From: Histomonas meleagridis 2922-C6/04-290x | Lineage: Eukaryota; Protista; Parabasalia | Direction of reading: 5' to 3' | Length of the DNA stretch: 64,000 nucleotides | NCBI GenBank assembly: GCA_020184695.1 | Contig: JAANOX010000075.1 | Coordinates: 62,001 to 126,000 of the forward strand | Translations under genes and position numbers: made by a program | The notes under the pieces: model-generated | Database searches by the model: none | What the model was told of the DNA's origin: nothing | The model's input: the letters and a program-made list of their open reading frames with translations, nothing else | Shown here: in pieces, positions 41,316 through 53,380 of the stretch | Numbering within the stretch: the stretch's first letter is position 1 | Layout: the number at the start of each line of letters is the position of its first letter

Positions 41316-44045
41316 TTACTTTTGTTGAGAAAATCCAAAACTCCAACAATTGCCCCATTGCGAATTACCCCAACCACCACCGCCAGACGGAGGTCGACCT
41401 TTGTTGCTTCCAAAAGTACTCCCTGATGCCCAACTATTCATTGGATGCTGGGTAGAAGGAGTAGTTGATGCAGCCCAACCATATAATGATGTTTGAGCAT
41501 TAGTTGAACCCCAAACTCTTGACCCTAATTTACCAAATGAATTTCCTGCTTTCCAAGTGCCACAACCTGTTGATTGATTGTTGACATTTATTACACCCCA
41601 ACAATCTTCTGAAGATTTATTAATAATTGGGCGATAATTTTTACTTATACATGTATCTTCTTCTTTAAGCAAATAAACAATTTGGGAATTTTTATTTTTA
41701 GTTGCATAATTTAGTGCTGTTTTATGTATTTTAAAGGATTACCTAATATCATTATTTAATATTATAAAAATAAAATAAACTACATATAAAATAAAATAAT
41801 ATCTTTAGCATTTTTATCAATTGCTTTTTGTTCAAAAAGTAATATTGCTATATTTCTATGACCTCTATCACAAGTATAAATTAATGCCGTTTTAAACTAG
41901 TACAACAAATATCATAAATTATTTTGAAACACAAAAAAGAATTCTTAGAAGCAAGCCCATAATATGTAAAACTTACATCTTTTGCATTGATATCAATTCC
42001 TTCTTGTTCAAGAAGTAATTTGACTATTTCCATATAACCAAATCTAGATGCAAATATAAGTGCTGTATAATCAAGTTTATATTATTACCAAATACTATTC
42101 CGAAATCTAAAATTAATATAATAAATATTATCTTTAGCATTAACATCAATTCCTTCTTGCCCAAGAAGTAATTTAACTATTTCTACGTGATCATTTTGAG
42201 AAGCCAAAATAAGTGCTGTACTAAATAATTGAAATAATTTTCAAATAATAATTTAAAATATTAAATCATTAAAATATTTATTACTTTTAGTATTGGCATC
42301 AATTCCTTCTTTTGCAAGAAGTAATTTAACTATTTCCGTATGACCATTAAAAGAAGCTAAAATCAGTTCTGTACTAAATAATTGGAATAAATTCCAAAAA
42401 ATATTTTAAAACAATAAATTTTTAAATTATTTATTATTTTTAATATTGGTATCAATTCCTTTTGGTTCAAGAAGTAATTTGACTATTTCTGTATGACCAC
42501 ATCTAGATGCAAACATAATTGTATTCCAATTTTTTTTTAAATAATTCCCAGATAATTATTTGACATACCTTACTGTTGAAATGAATATTACTTGTAGCAT
42601 TAACATCAATTCCTTTTCGTTCTAGTAGTAATTTAACTATTTCCACATGATTATTTTGAGATGCTTAAATAAGTGCTGTTTTAAATATTTTATATAATTT
42701 CCAAATATTACATTTAGACCAAATATTTTAAGATTAAACATTATTATTATAATTAATATTAAATGCATCTAGTTTAAGAATTCTTTGAAAAATATCAATA
42801 TAACCTTTTTCACATGCTAATAGAAGTGATTCATTAAATAATATAAGCCAAAATTCTAATTATTAAATAAACATTCAATATAAAAAATAAATTATATTAT
42901 TAGTACAACTTTCATATTCAAAAATTAAATTAATAAGATCCAAATTTCCATATTGGGTTGCAAATAATAAAGTAATCCAGGAATTGGATTAATCTCAAGA
43001 TAGTAGTTAACAAGAAAGAAATTGCCAACTCTTGCAGATTCATTAATTATTTTATTATTGATTTTCATTCCTTCTCCGATTAAAAAATTAAGAATTTCAA
43101 AATTGTCATAATTAATACAAAATTCTCCAAATTTACTAAGATCAAATGTTTTAGGATTAGAATTATTTTCATAAAGATAACGAAAAACATCATTTCGATG
43201 GAATTTAATCTCTATTTCTAAAGTGCCTATAAAAGATATGTGATTTTGTTCACACGAATGAATGATTTCAAGATTTCCACCTGCAACTGCATATTTACCT
43301 GTATTATTGTAAATAGATTTATTTAATATTAAATATTTAAAACAAATAATTGATTCAAAAAATGCTGCATAATCAACTAATCTAACATTTTCCTTATTAA
43401 TAAATGAACATCTTTCATAAAGTGAAGGCTCAATAGTCTGATTAAAAATAAAATTTATTTGTGATGCTTTTTCGATGAGTTTTTCTATTTCATCATTTCG
43501 AATTATTCTTGCATTTTCATTTGGATTAATCCTTCTTCAACATATTTCTTATGAAGGACCCAATTATTACCTGAAAGTTCTTCATAACTATTTAAAAATA
43601 TATTACAAAATGGATCATTGTTATTTTTTATTTTATTTTGTGAATCAGTTTTATAATATGCAAAATATTTTGATTGAATATTTGTTGTGATATTTGAAAC
43701 AATTAATTTTTTCTTAATCATTTTTTCAAGAAGATAATTCGATTCTTGTGTTTTTTCGTCCGGGGGGCTTTGTGTAAACATTTCAATAAGCTTTAAATTA
43801 GTGAACTCTTTTTCTTTTGTTTGTATTGCTTGTAAATATATAAAATATGTTTCATATTTTTCTTTCATAGAAGCAAAAGCATGTTTAACAAAAGAACAAA
43901 TAATATTATTACATGGATAAATAAAATAAGTATCAAGTAGATTTATTGTTTGTTGAACAGAAAAATTTATATTTTCTTTGTTTATATCAAACACAATTTG
44001 TTCGAGTTGTTGTAGCCCTTGAATTGAGGTGAGTTTATTGGACAC
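41316..44045 (-). pseudogene. DUF3447-type ankyrin gene with 17-nt inserts and Gly/Trp-rich tail; probably inactivated
   Basis: Frameshifts near 43520 and 42970, in-frame TAA near 42666, and a TAG micro-exon near 42100. Eight insert-containing linkers at 41721-42895. Confidence 0.7.
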
Positions 44046-44523
44046 TCCATAGAGAATTTTGTAATCAGCCTTTCAATTTTATGTTTGCTACTTGTTCTTT
44101 TAAACACATAAAACTGATGCGATCACATTTTGGCATTAGCATTATGCCATTGTATTAAAATGAGACTTCTTGCAAATAAAAATCCTTGAAACACAAATTC
44201 TGGTAGAATATTAGCTAATGCTTTTCCATAAATAAAGAGATTAAAGAAAAGATTTCATAAAAGATATCAATTTTGTTAAATGTTTTTTCTTTGTATAAAT
44301 TATTTTTGATGGAATAGCTTCATAGTTATTTACAATATCTCCATAATTATACAAATTATTTATTACATTTTACAAGAAATTTGAGGTTTAGTTCACATTT
44401 TCCAAAAAAATTGCTAGCTTTATTTCAAAAAGTGCTCACTTTTAGTCAAGTAAATCATTGAAAAAAAGGTTTCAAAACCGTCACAAATTTTGCTTGAAGT
44501 TGACCGTTAAATGCATAGCAAAA

Positions 44524-44555
44524 AGCGGTTTTCAAAACGGTTTTGGTCGACCTTT
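44524..44555 (+). promoter_or_regulatory. Trichomonad-type M3 (RCGGTT) and M5 (CCTTT) core promoter motifs of RPS4
   Basis: agcggtt 44524, aacggtt 44536, ccttt 44551-44555, 8 nt before the ATG. Matches the M3/M5 arrangement described for T. vaginalis ribosomal protein genes. Confidence 0.6.
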
Positions 44556-44562
44556 TCCTTGA

Positions 44563-45339
44563 ATGCCACGTTGCCAACGTAAGCACTTAAAGCGCCTTGC
44601 TGCCCCACACCACTGGATGCTCGCCAAGACAGCCGGTAAATTTGCCACAAGCCCATCCTCTGGTCCACACAAGCTTAGGGAATGCCTTCCAATCACTGTT
44701 TTCCTTCGTAACCGTCTTAAGTATGCTCTTAATGCCCGTGAAGTTACAGCTATTGTTGCTCGTAGACTTGTTAAGATTGATGGAAAAGTCCGTACTGACC
44801 CACGTTTCCCAGCAGGTCTTATGGATGTAATTGAACTCGGAAAATCCAACGAACAATTCCGTCTTCTCTATGATGCCAAAGGACGTTTTGTTGCCCACAA
44901 GATCGAACCAAAGGAAGCTGAATTCAAGCTTCTCCGTATCAACAAATATTTCATTGGTGAAAGAGGAGTTCCACATCTCGTCGCCCATGATGGTCACACT
45001 CTTCGTTATGTTGACCCATCAATCCGTATGAACGACACTGTCAAATACAACCTTAAGACACACGAAGTTGATAACTTCATCAAGTTCGAAAAGGGTAATG
45101 TTGCTATGGTCACATCCGGTGGTAACGTCGGTCGTGTTGGTGTCATCCAATCCATCGAACCACAAATGGTTGGATTCTCAATTGTTCACATCAAGGATGC
45201 ATCTGGTGCTGAATTCGCCACACGTATTCCAAACGTTTTCGTCATTGGTCAAGGTGAGAATCCACTCATCAGTCTTCCACGTCGTGCTGGTGTTCGTCCA
45301 TCAATTCTTGAAGGAATTGATATCGAAACCCAAGAATAA
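44563..45339 (+). CDS. RPS4: 40S ribosomal protein S4 (eS4)
   Basis: KHLKRLAAPHHWML, PSSGPHKLRECLP, RNRLKYAL, DGKVRTDPRFPAGLMDVI, FATRIPNVFVIG. Confidence 0.99.
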   Translation: MPRCQRKHLKRLAAPHHWMLAKTAGKFATSPSSGPHKLRECLPITVFLRNRLKYALNAREVTAIVARRLVKIDGKVRTDPRFPAGLMDVIELGKSNEQFRLLYDAKGRFVAHKIEPKEAEFKLLRINKYFIGERGVPHLVAHDGHTLRYVDPSIRMNDTVKYNLKTHEVDNFIKFEKGNVAMVTSGGNVGRVGVIQSIEPQMVGFSIVHIKDASGAEFATRIPNVFVIGQGENPLISLPRRAGVRPSILEGIDIETQE

Positions 45340-45567
45340 ACAAGCTGATTCAACTAATGTTTTATATTTAAATATTAACTTATTACCAAATGTAAGGTTC
45401 AATTGCTTTGATCAATTTGGTCTATGAATTTAAATGGTTTACGTGAAAGGTGGCATTAGAATTCTCAGTAATAACTTATCGAGCAGTGTTTTGTTTAAAA
45501 ACGCATAAGATAACTTGGTTTCCAAAAACACAAAAGAGTTGACGAATTAAGCATTTTACTTAATATT

Positions 45568-45954
45568 TTAGGATGATAAAATTGAAGCCGCTGTCTGAAC
45601 ATTCTTCTTGAATTGTTCATCTTCAATTGGTGATTTGGCATCGTAAAATGGGTTCATTAAAAGTTGAGCATAATATGAATGAACTTGTTGGAAAAACTTC
45701 TTAATTGTTTCTGACTTACGCTTAGGATGTAAGAGAAGAAAAGCAGTTTGTCCAGGTGTAACGTAAGCACTTATTGAATATGACTCATATGTATCAATTG
45801 ATTCTCTAAATGGAGTTGGATCTTTGAGATCTAAGGAATCCAGAGCAGCATAGAGAATAAACTGGAAAAGGTATGATTTTTCGCTGGCATTTTCTACCAA
45901 ATTTGATATTTCGAGGGAAAATAAAAGGCTATTGTCTCCAACAACAGCAAACAT
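45568..45954 (-). CDS. TRAPPC2: TRAPP complex subunit Trs20/sedlin
   Basis: FILYAALDSLD, ISAYVTPGQTAFLLLH, FFQQVHSYYAQLLMNPFY. Confidence 0.85.
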   Translation of the reverse strand: MFAVVGDNSLLFSLEISNLVENASEKSYLFQFILYAALDSLDLKDPTPFRESIDTYESYSISAYVTPGQTAFLLLHPKRKSETIKKFFQQVHSYYAQLLMNPFYDAKSPIEDEQFKKNVQTAASILSS

Positions 45955-46724
45955 TTGCCACTTTTTAGAATCACATCACATGTCTGAATAAACGGTCTTT
46001 TACCAAGGTGAAGAAACATAATTTTGAACAGCAACTTGATAGCACACGCAAATGAAAAAGCATTTTTTTTGTTCATCTATAAAGGGGAATTTAAATTAGT
46101 TAAATTCTTTCTTCAAGAAGAGGTCTCAAAGCAATTTAGAATTCATTTGAAGCTTAAATACCCATGTTTCAAACAGATGAATTTTTTACGTATGCTAAAA
46201 AACAGAAACAAAACAGAACATGCTCGATCACACAATGCGAAAATACCATTTTATAAAAATATGACCAATTTTTTTTTTAATTTTTTGCATTATTCCCACA
46301 GAGTTTACCAAATGGCATTTAGATACAAAACACATTATTAACGATATATGTACAAAACCAACCCACCATGTTTTAGTACCCAAGCTAAAACTTATGAAAT
46401 CTGATTTTATATTTTTTCAAAATAAATCCACTAAAACCATTACATTTGATCAAGACAACCTCCCTATACAAATCCTGGTTAAGTATCATGATGATATGTG
46501 TCTGTTACATTGGAAACCTTCTTTTTATCTCTTGGCGCACAACGACAACAATTTTAAACGAATTACAATTAATTGTTTACTTCACCTGATCACAATTTTT
46601 TCAATTCTGATAGCGGTTTATATTAAATTCTATCAGAAAAATTCAATACTTACAAGCACATTTCAGAAAAAAGATTCATTCAAAGTTGAACCGAAAACCG
46701 AAATTGTTTTTGTGCTTTTTTTCA

Positions 46725-47784
46725 TGAATTCTTATCATATATAGTGAGAGAAATAGTTCTACTCTTTTAATAGAAAATTCAGACGATTTTTATCAAACAA
46801 TCATTAATGATTATAAAAATCAAACAGAAAATATTATTATTAGTGAAAATATTACTTTAATCCCAAATAATGCATTTATTAATTGTACATTAGTTATTTA
46901 TGTGAATCTTTCTAATTCAATAACAAAAATAGAAGCTTCGGCATTTTCATATTGTACATCACTGATAAATATTACAATTCCAAATTCAGTTACAACCATC
47001 GGAGACTCAGCGTTTTCGCACTGCTCTTCTTTAAGAATATTGGAACTTGGCACTGGTTTGACAGTAATTTCATATGCTGCATTTTCGGATTGTCATAATC
47101 TTCAATGTATTTATTATTTCGGTTCTACACAACCATCGATTGGAGAAAGAGCTTTTTCTTCAGTGAATGCAACAGTTCTTACATATCCAACATATGAAAA
47201 CTCAAGATTTGGTTCATTTCAAGTTAATGAACATAGTGAAGGAGCATGCGTTATCTACATATTCGTTTTCAAGCTCAAACACATACACAAAGTCGAACAC
47301 ATTTACAAAATCGATGCAAAGTGATTTAACAGAATCCTTTTCTTATATTTTAACAATTTCATTATCATTTATGCATTCATATACTATTCATAAGACTCAA
47401 ACAAAATCATTTTCATTATTTGTAAGTAATTCAACGTTTTCATATATTGGAACAGAATTTATTTTTTATGATTACACAGTTATTATTTACTCGACATATT
47501 GCAATTATTATTCGAATTATTTTACGTATATAAGTTATATTTCAAATGTTTCATCAAATGGAATTACAACTTCAGCTTTAATTGGGATTATTTGTGGATC
47601 GTTTGCATTCGTTTTGATGATTATTGGAATTGTTATATTTTTAATTAAAAGTAATGAGAAAAAAGATAAAACAACTTCAAAATTACAATTTAAAGACACA
47701 ACAACATCAAGCACAAAGCAAAAAGAAGAAGTTGACTTTTTAGAGGAAGATATTATCAACGAAGATGAAGATAATTGGTTATGA
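46725..47784 (+). CDS. BspA-like leucine-rich-repeat surface protein with Ser/Thr stalk and C-terminal TM
   Basis: TpLRR repeats (IEASAFSYCTSLINITIPNSVTTIGDSAFSHCSSL), SNTFT repeats, TM ALIGIICGSFAFVLMIIGIVIFLI, acidic tail. 1-nt frameshifts near 46728 and 47255; start approximate. Confidence 0.8.
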
Positions 47785-48361
47785 TACATATGTGTAAAAA
47801 AACTAATGTTTACATATTTTGATTTTTTATATAAAAAATATAATTTCGATTCTATTATCCTTTTCATTAAGTTTCAAATTATTTATATTTTTGTGTTATA
47901 TTTTAGTGAAGGAATTCCTTAATTATAATTATAAATTGTTAGAATCAAATTTATACTAATAAACGCAAGGGAAAAAGAAAAAATTAAGTAGAACCTGTAG
48001 ACCGACGACAAAATATTAGATAAATCTAAATTCTTATATAGTTTGTTAGCAAATAGAAATTTTAGCATATGTTTATTTCCAAAAATATGAACTAATTAAA
48101 ACATGTAAAGAAAATCGAGGAAAAAGATTTTTTCGTGCCAACATACTCCTTAGTGAAAATGGGATATTAGGAAAAGTAAATATACATCATTAAATATGTT
48201 CTCTATGAATAATAATACTACAGAGTAGGCGTGAGTTATATTACGGTGTTGGTATACAGTTTTTTCACTGCATTTACACACAAACTTTTTTAAATTTGAC
48301 GGATGATATCTTTAACAGAAGCAAATTTCTCAGTTGAATTACAAATTTATAATTTTCTATT

Positions 48362-50632
48362 TCAAACTATTTTATTCATTTCAACATCATAACAAAATCT
48401 TTTCCAGTCAATGTCGCCATTAAAGTTTACCTTATATTCCCTCAATAGCTTTTGCATATCGCTTTCAGAGATTATCAGTCCAAATGATTCAACGCATCTT
48501 CGAAAGTCTCGAGCAGGAATTGATTCAGACTTCATTCCTCTAAAAGGTGTCTCAACTCTTTTGTGCCTTGCAAGTAATTTTTCCCTTAATTGACTTGTAA
48601 TTCTGAGCACATCAGAGTTTGTTGTAACTTTTTCCACTTTTTGAGTTTGCTTCAAATCGTTTTGTGAAATTTCAATTTCATTCAATTTTGAACACAACCG
48701 TTTGTATCGGAATTTTTCGGTTATTCGATGATCGGTAAAATTGTCAACTAATAAATTAATCTCTGATTCCGAAAGATGAAGACCAAAACCAGAAAGTATT
48801 GGCATAAGCCGTGATGTAGGAATTGTCCCATTTCCATTAGTGTCATATGGAATGAATATCGTATCTGGAGATATATTTTTTGAGTAAAAAGCAAGTTTAA
48901 GTGTCTTTAATATGTTGTTCAATGGTGATTCTGATGGTGTAGATGGTAATGGATCACTTTGTTTGATGCGCTTAAATCCAAATTCATTTATATCTTGACA
49001 AAAGTTTTGGTAATTAATCTCACTGTTTTCGGAATTGGAATAAAAGCGAGTCAAAGAAAGAATTTCATCATCTGTAAGTGATAATGGTAATGATAAAAGT
49101 ATATCTGTAAAAATGGTTTTGGTCACTGTATTTGTATGCCGGGTGTCATAGCCTTTAAACTCGTCTATAAGATTTATTCCTTGTTTTTGTATTAAAGATG
49201 CAATTTTTGTAATTATGTCGAGAACAATAGTAGCAGGCTCGACGTACTCTTTCCGTGGTATTATTTGTTTGGGTTTTGGTGGTTCTATTATTGGATCAAC
49301 AAGTTCAGTAAAATCATCAATATTCACCATTTCATCAGATCCTCGTGCAAACGTTTGCTTAAGAACCGCCTGTTCATTGTTGTTAAGATCAAATTCTACA
49401 TCCCTTAAAACACTTAGAAGTTGAGAAAATTGAATTTTCCCGGTTCGATTTTTGTCAAACCGTAAAAGTTTCGGTTTGATTTGAATTTGGTGACCGTTAA
49501 GGTGATCTTGGAGACGAATTAAAATATCTTCAACTTGAACTTTAGGAGATGCTTGAGGCATTACAAAGTTGAGGAAAGTGAGGTAATCAACATTTCCTTT
49601 GCCATCATTGAACTCTTCTTCAATTGACCTAATCTCTGATTGGTCTAATGAAAAATTGTTCATATATAAAACTCTCATAAACCTTTGAGCCGGTATGAGC
49701 CCATTTCTGTTAACATCGAATTGCTCAAATTGTGGAAGAATATTGGAATGACGAGATTGAATTTCTTTGGAAAGCTTAAGTAGAACCGAATCAATATCAA
49801 TTTTTACAGGTGCTTGGGATGGGGTCTTTTTGTTGAGAATAGAAATTGCTCGTTGTACTTCATCATTAAATGTGACATAATCAAATAATGCATTCTCGGT
49901 AAAAGCATCAGCAAGTTCAACCATACCTTCAGGGCTAATACTAACATTGAGTGAATTAATGATTCTAACAAATTCTGAAGGTTGAATTCTTCGTTTTTTG
50001 TATCGATCAATTGATTGGAAAAGCTGAAATAAATCTTCACCTTGTGATTTGACAGCTTTAGCAATTTGATTTATCATTTCTTGTATTTTATACGGATCAA
50101 TTGGGGCACCAGAATATTTTGCATCAAGAACTCTTTTAACATCGTTTGCCAATCTTACATATTCAACATAGCCACTAACAGGATTTGTGTATGCCTTACA
50201 AACTAATTGTCCAAGTGGAGTAGAACTAATTTCTCGAAGGAAAATAGATGCTGGTACTGAACCATTTCTTTGTCTGTCAAATTGTCTTAAATAATCGATG
50301 AGATCAACACCTCTATCTCTAAGAGGCAATCCGAATTCCCTCAATTGGCTTTCATTAAGTTTTGAAGAAGATCCTTTTCGAGAAGCTTCTTCGGCATCTT
50401 TAATAAAATCTGCATAAAAAAATGTGTTTCCTTTGATGTATGGTCCTGCCATATCAAAAAATGAGTTATCATCAATATAAAGACCAAGATTTGCAACTAA
50501 TTTTTTGAACCTTGGAATATCTATTCTTTTTGTTCCTGATGGATCATTTTCTTCTAGGAATTCTGATAAATCGGCTCCTTTTCTTTTTGCTTTATTTTTT
50601 AAATTATTTACAAAAATAATGTTTGCTTCCAT
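48362..50632 (-). CDS. Multi-EF-hand protein
   Basis: Repeated loops DPSGTKRID, DRQRNGSVP, DRYKKRRIQ, DVNRNGLIP, DKNRTGKIQ, DTNGNGTIP. Confidence 0.9.
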   Translation of the reverse strand: MEANIIFVNNLKNKAKRKGADLSEFLEENDPSGTKRIDIPRFKKLVANLGLYIDDNSFFDMAGPYIKGNTFFYADFIKDAEEASRKGSSSKLNESQLREFGLPLRDRGVDLIDYLRQFDRQRNGSVPASIFLREISSTPLGQLVCKAYTNPVSGYVEYVRLANDVKRVLDAKYSGAPIDPYKIQEMINQIAKAVKSQGEDLFQLFQSIDRYKKRRIQPSEFVRIINSLNVSISPEGMVELADAFTENALFDYVTFNDEVQRAISILNKKTPSQAPVKIDIDSVLLKLSKEIQSRHSNILPQFEQFDVNRNGLIPAQRFMRVLYMNNFSLDQSEIRSIEEEFNDGKGNVDYLTFLNFVMPQASPKVQVEDILIRLQDHLNGHQIQIKPKLLRFDKNRTGKIQFSQLLSVLRDVEFDLNNNEQAVLKQTFARGSDEMVNIDDFTELVDPIIEPPKPKQIIPRKEYVEPATIVLDIITKIASLIQKQGINLIDEFKGYDTRHTNTVTKTIFTDILLSLPLSLTDDEILSLTRFYSNSENSEINYQNFCQDINEFGFKRIKQSDPLPSTPSESPLNNILKTLKLAFYSKNISPDTIFIPYDTNGNGTIPTSRLMPILSGFGLHLSESEINLLVDNFTDHRITEKFRYKRLCSKLNEIEISQNDLKQTQKVEKVTTNSDVLRITSQLREKLLARHKRVETPFRGMKSESIPARDFRRCVESFGLIISESDMQKLLREYKVNFNGDIDWKRFCYDVEMNKIV

Positions 50633-50711
50633 TTTTGATTTATTTAACGTTCGCTATGAAATAAACCACTGTATTTAAGACGATACACAGGATTCAAAGG
50701 CTATCGTTTGT

Positions 50712-51311
50712 ATGGAGGTAAGGCTAAAAGTTGTTGATCTTGGGGACGAAGGAGTAGGCAAAACATCAATCGTTAACAGAGAGTTCAGCGGTTTATTTAA
50801 AGAAGAATACCCATCTTCAGGTTTAAAAATCGAAAGTTATCATTTTGATTATCGCTCATCGAAATATATACTTGATATTTGGGAAATGAAGTGCGCAAAA
50901 GGATACGAATCATTAATTCCCACATCTTTACACGATGCACATGTAGTTTTTGTGATATTTTCGTTAACTTATGAATCTTCTTTTAATAATATTGATTTCT
51001 ATGCAAAGCATACTGTAGATAAAGTTTACCTAAATGATGTTGTTACATTTTTAGTTGGCAATAAGTCAGATTTAAAAGAATCTAGAGTAATATCAAAAGA
51101 AATTGCAGAAAAAAAAGCGGAAGAATACCATTTTCGCTATATCGAAACAAGCGCATTTACTGGAGAAAATGTAAAAAATCTTTTTGATACTGTTTGCGAA
51201 ATAATATATCAAAAAAGCATACCAACAGAATCACCTCCCATATGTCCTGATGACATCAGAAGGAGGCGCTTCAGTAGCAGTTGTTATTCTTCACATAGAT
51301 ATCGTTGGTAA
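50712..51311 (+). CDS. Atypical Rab-like GTPase with degenerate switch motifs
   Basis: G1 GDEGVGKT, G4 NKSD and G5 ETSA intact; G3 reads WEMKCAK; no terminal Cys motif. Confidence 0.8.
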   Translation: MEVRLKVVDLGDEGVGKTSIVNREFSGLFKEEYPSSGLKIESYHFDYRSSKYILDIWEMKCAKGYESLIPTSLHDAHVVFVIFSLTYESSFNNIDFYAKHTVDKVYLNDVVTFLVGNKSDLKESRVISKEIAEKKAEEYHFRYIETSAFTGENVKNLFDTVCEIIYQKSIPTESPPICPDDIRRRRFSSSCYSSHRYRW

Positions 51312-51536
51312 TAAATCAATTTTAAATAAATTTTCTATACATTCATTTTCTAAAATTTATTACCAACTTTATTATGTGGTCAATTTTTAAGAAATAAATG
51401 AGTGTGACAAACCATATCCGAAATAATTTTGTTTTTTCTGGTTTTCAAAAATCAAAACTTTTTGAAAGACAAGAGATTTTGTTGGCAAATTTTATAACCG
51501 CCAATCTTGATAGCTAAATATAAACGGCCGAAATGA

Positions 51537-52118
51537 ATGAAAACACTAACTCGATTGTTTGAGCGCATTCTGACCAAAGCTTATCACCAAATCATCCAAG
51601 ATGACTTGTGCCTATACAATGAGGATTTTAGCCACTTGTTATATTTTAAAAACAATGAAATGAGACAATTGTTCAACCAAGTTGCATCTTCAATATCAAG
51701 ATTTTATCTATCCAAAAAGCTTTTAACTTTTGTAATGGCTTTTGATACAATTGCATTTTGCATGAGGTTTAAACCTAATAACAATAGGATGAGCATTAAT
51801 GTAAAATTAATCGATGATTCTATGTCTGACTTACCAAAATCATCAGGAGACCCTGTGTTCCTTATTGGTGCAACTGATAAAATAAGTTCTTATGGTTGGG
51901 AACCAATTGAATATCTCAATTCTCAACCAAATTGTGAAATTTTCCCATTAATTGATTTTGATGATGTTTCACTTTATTGGGCCAAAACACAAGATGAAGG
52001 TGCAATTAATTTCTCACAATTCTTTTCTTATCCTTCTTCAGAACCAATCAGTGCTCATTTTGTAAAACAAACTTTGAGTAATTCAACATCATGGGGCGAA
52101 GAAAGCCAAAACACATAA
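51537..52118 (+). CDS. Hypothetical protein
   Basis: 193-aa ORF with host-like composition; no family recognised. Confidence 0.55.
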   Translation: MKTLTRLFERILTKAYHQIIQDDLCLYNEDFSHLLYFKNNEMRQLFNQVASSISRFYLSKKLLTFVMAFDTIAFCMRFKPNNNRMSINVKLIDDSMSDLPKSSGDPVFLIGATDKISSYGWEPIEYLNSQPNCEIFPLIDFDDVSLYWAKTQDEGAINFSQFFSYPSSEPISAHFVKQTLSNSTSWGEESQNT

Positions 52119-52580
52119 ATTGTTATGTTTTACTTCGAAAAAGCGCACTTGCAAGAAATGCAATCTTGTTTTAAACACATTTTTCTCAATAAAATATTGA
52201 TGTCTTCCAGCATGTTTATATTAAATTAATATTTTTGATAGAAATTCATTAGTAAAATTAAATTGTACATTAATGAAAATTATTATTGTCCGAAAATAAA
52301 ATTTTAGCTTTTCTTTATTGATGTATTTCTAAACCGATAGCAAATTTGTTGATAAGTCAAATAAGTATACTAATCTTATTTTCATCATTTTGAATTTATA
52401 TGATTTTGTTTTATATTTCGAACTATTAGTGCAACTCCATCTTGAAAGCATATAATTGTTCCGTTCCACGCAACAAATGATCGCAAAAGCTATGATTGTG
52501 ATCAGATCATATTGTATATGAAACCGTTAACTACAAAGAGGTATTCGGAGGTTTTGACACAAACAGACCTCTGTTAATGC

Positions 52581-52600
52581 GACGGTTATGGTCTTCCTTT
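52581..52600 (+). promoter_or_regulatory. M3 (gacggtt) and M5 (ccttt) motifs of RPL11
   Basis: gacggtt 52581-52587; ccttt 52596-52600, 7 nt before the ATG. Confidence 0.6.
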
Positions 52601-52606
52601 TGAAGA

Positions 52607-53125
52607 ATGGCCCAGAAACAAAACAAGCTCAACGAAATCCGTGTTTCCAAGCTCTGCATCAACATCAACCCTGGTTCAGTTGGTGATCAAGTTACACGTG
52701 CTTCCCGTGTTATCGAACAATTAACCAAACAAAAGGCTATGCTTGCCCGTTCACACCGTACAATTCCAAAGTTCGGTGTTCGTCGTAATGATAAAATCGC
52801 TGCTTATGTTACAGTTCGTGGTCAAAATGCCCTCAAGATCTTAAACGATGCTCTCCAAGTTCACGATTTTGAAATCAGCTCACACTGCTTCTCAAGCACT
52901 GGTAACTTTGGTTTCGGTATCAAGGAACACATTGATCTTGGTCTTAAGTATGATCGTGATATTGGTATCCATGGTATGGACCTTTATGTTGTTCTTGAAC
53001 GCCCAGGTGCACGTGTTGCTAAGAGGAAGCACTGCCGCTCAAGGATTGGTCCAAAGCAAAGGGTTACAAAGGAAGAAGCCAAAGAATGGTATATTCAAAA
53101 GTTCCAAGGCACTCTTCTTAAGTAA
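52607..53125 (+). CDS. RPL11: 60S ribosomal protein L11 (uL5)
   Basis: KLCININPGSVGDQVTRASRVIEQLT, FGVRRNDKIA, TGNFGFGIKEHIDLGLKYD..IGIHGMD. Confidence 0.99.
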   Translation: MAQKQNKLNEIRVSKLCININPGSVGDQVTRASRVIEQLTKQKAMLARSHRTIPKFGVRRNDKIAAYVTVRGQNALKILNDALQVHDFEISSHCFSSTGNFGFGIKEHIDLGLKYDRDIGIHGMDLYVVLERPGARVAKRKHCRSRIGPKQRVTKEEAKEWYIQKFQGTLLK

Positions 53126-53380
53126 ACTAAATCATCGCTTTTACCTTATCCAAATTATTCTTTGAATATTTTAATTTTTTTGAAACAATTTCCATTTTGA
53201 ATTTCTTTCAACAAATCCATCTAACTTAATAATTGTATTACCATTTATAAAAGAAATAGTTTCTCTTTTCTTTTCGATAAATCATTTTAAAGAAAAGAAG
53301 TAAGAAAAGGAGCAAAAATCTTGTTCAAAAATTCAATGATTTACAAAGATTTTTTTTGAATCGAAAGTGGCATTTGGCCA

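Noticed and set aside
41890-41976. Canonical GTAAGT...CTAG intron in one irregular 89-nt linker
   Set aside because: A single instance in a decayed gene; it would give a 3-residue hairpin, and the last two 17-nt units still parse normally.
44532-45427. Several overlapping ORFs around RPS4 (similarly around RPL11, Hsp70 and GH36)
   Set aside because: Alternative-frame or antisense shadows of higher-GC conserved genes.
46024-46744. ORFs of 105 and 116 aa
   Set aside because: They rely on alternative starts or AT-rich composition and show no recognisable motifs.
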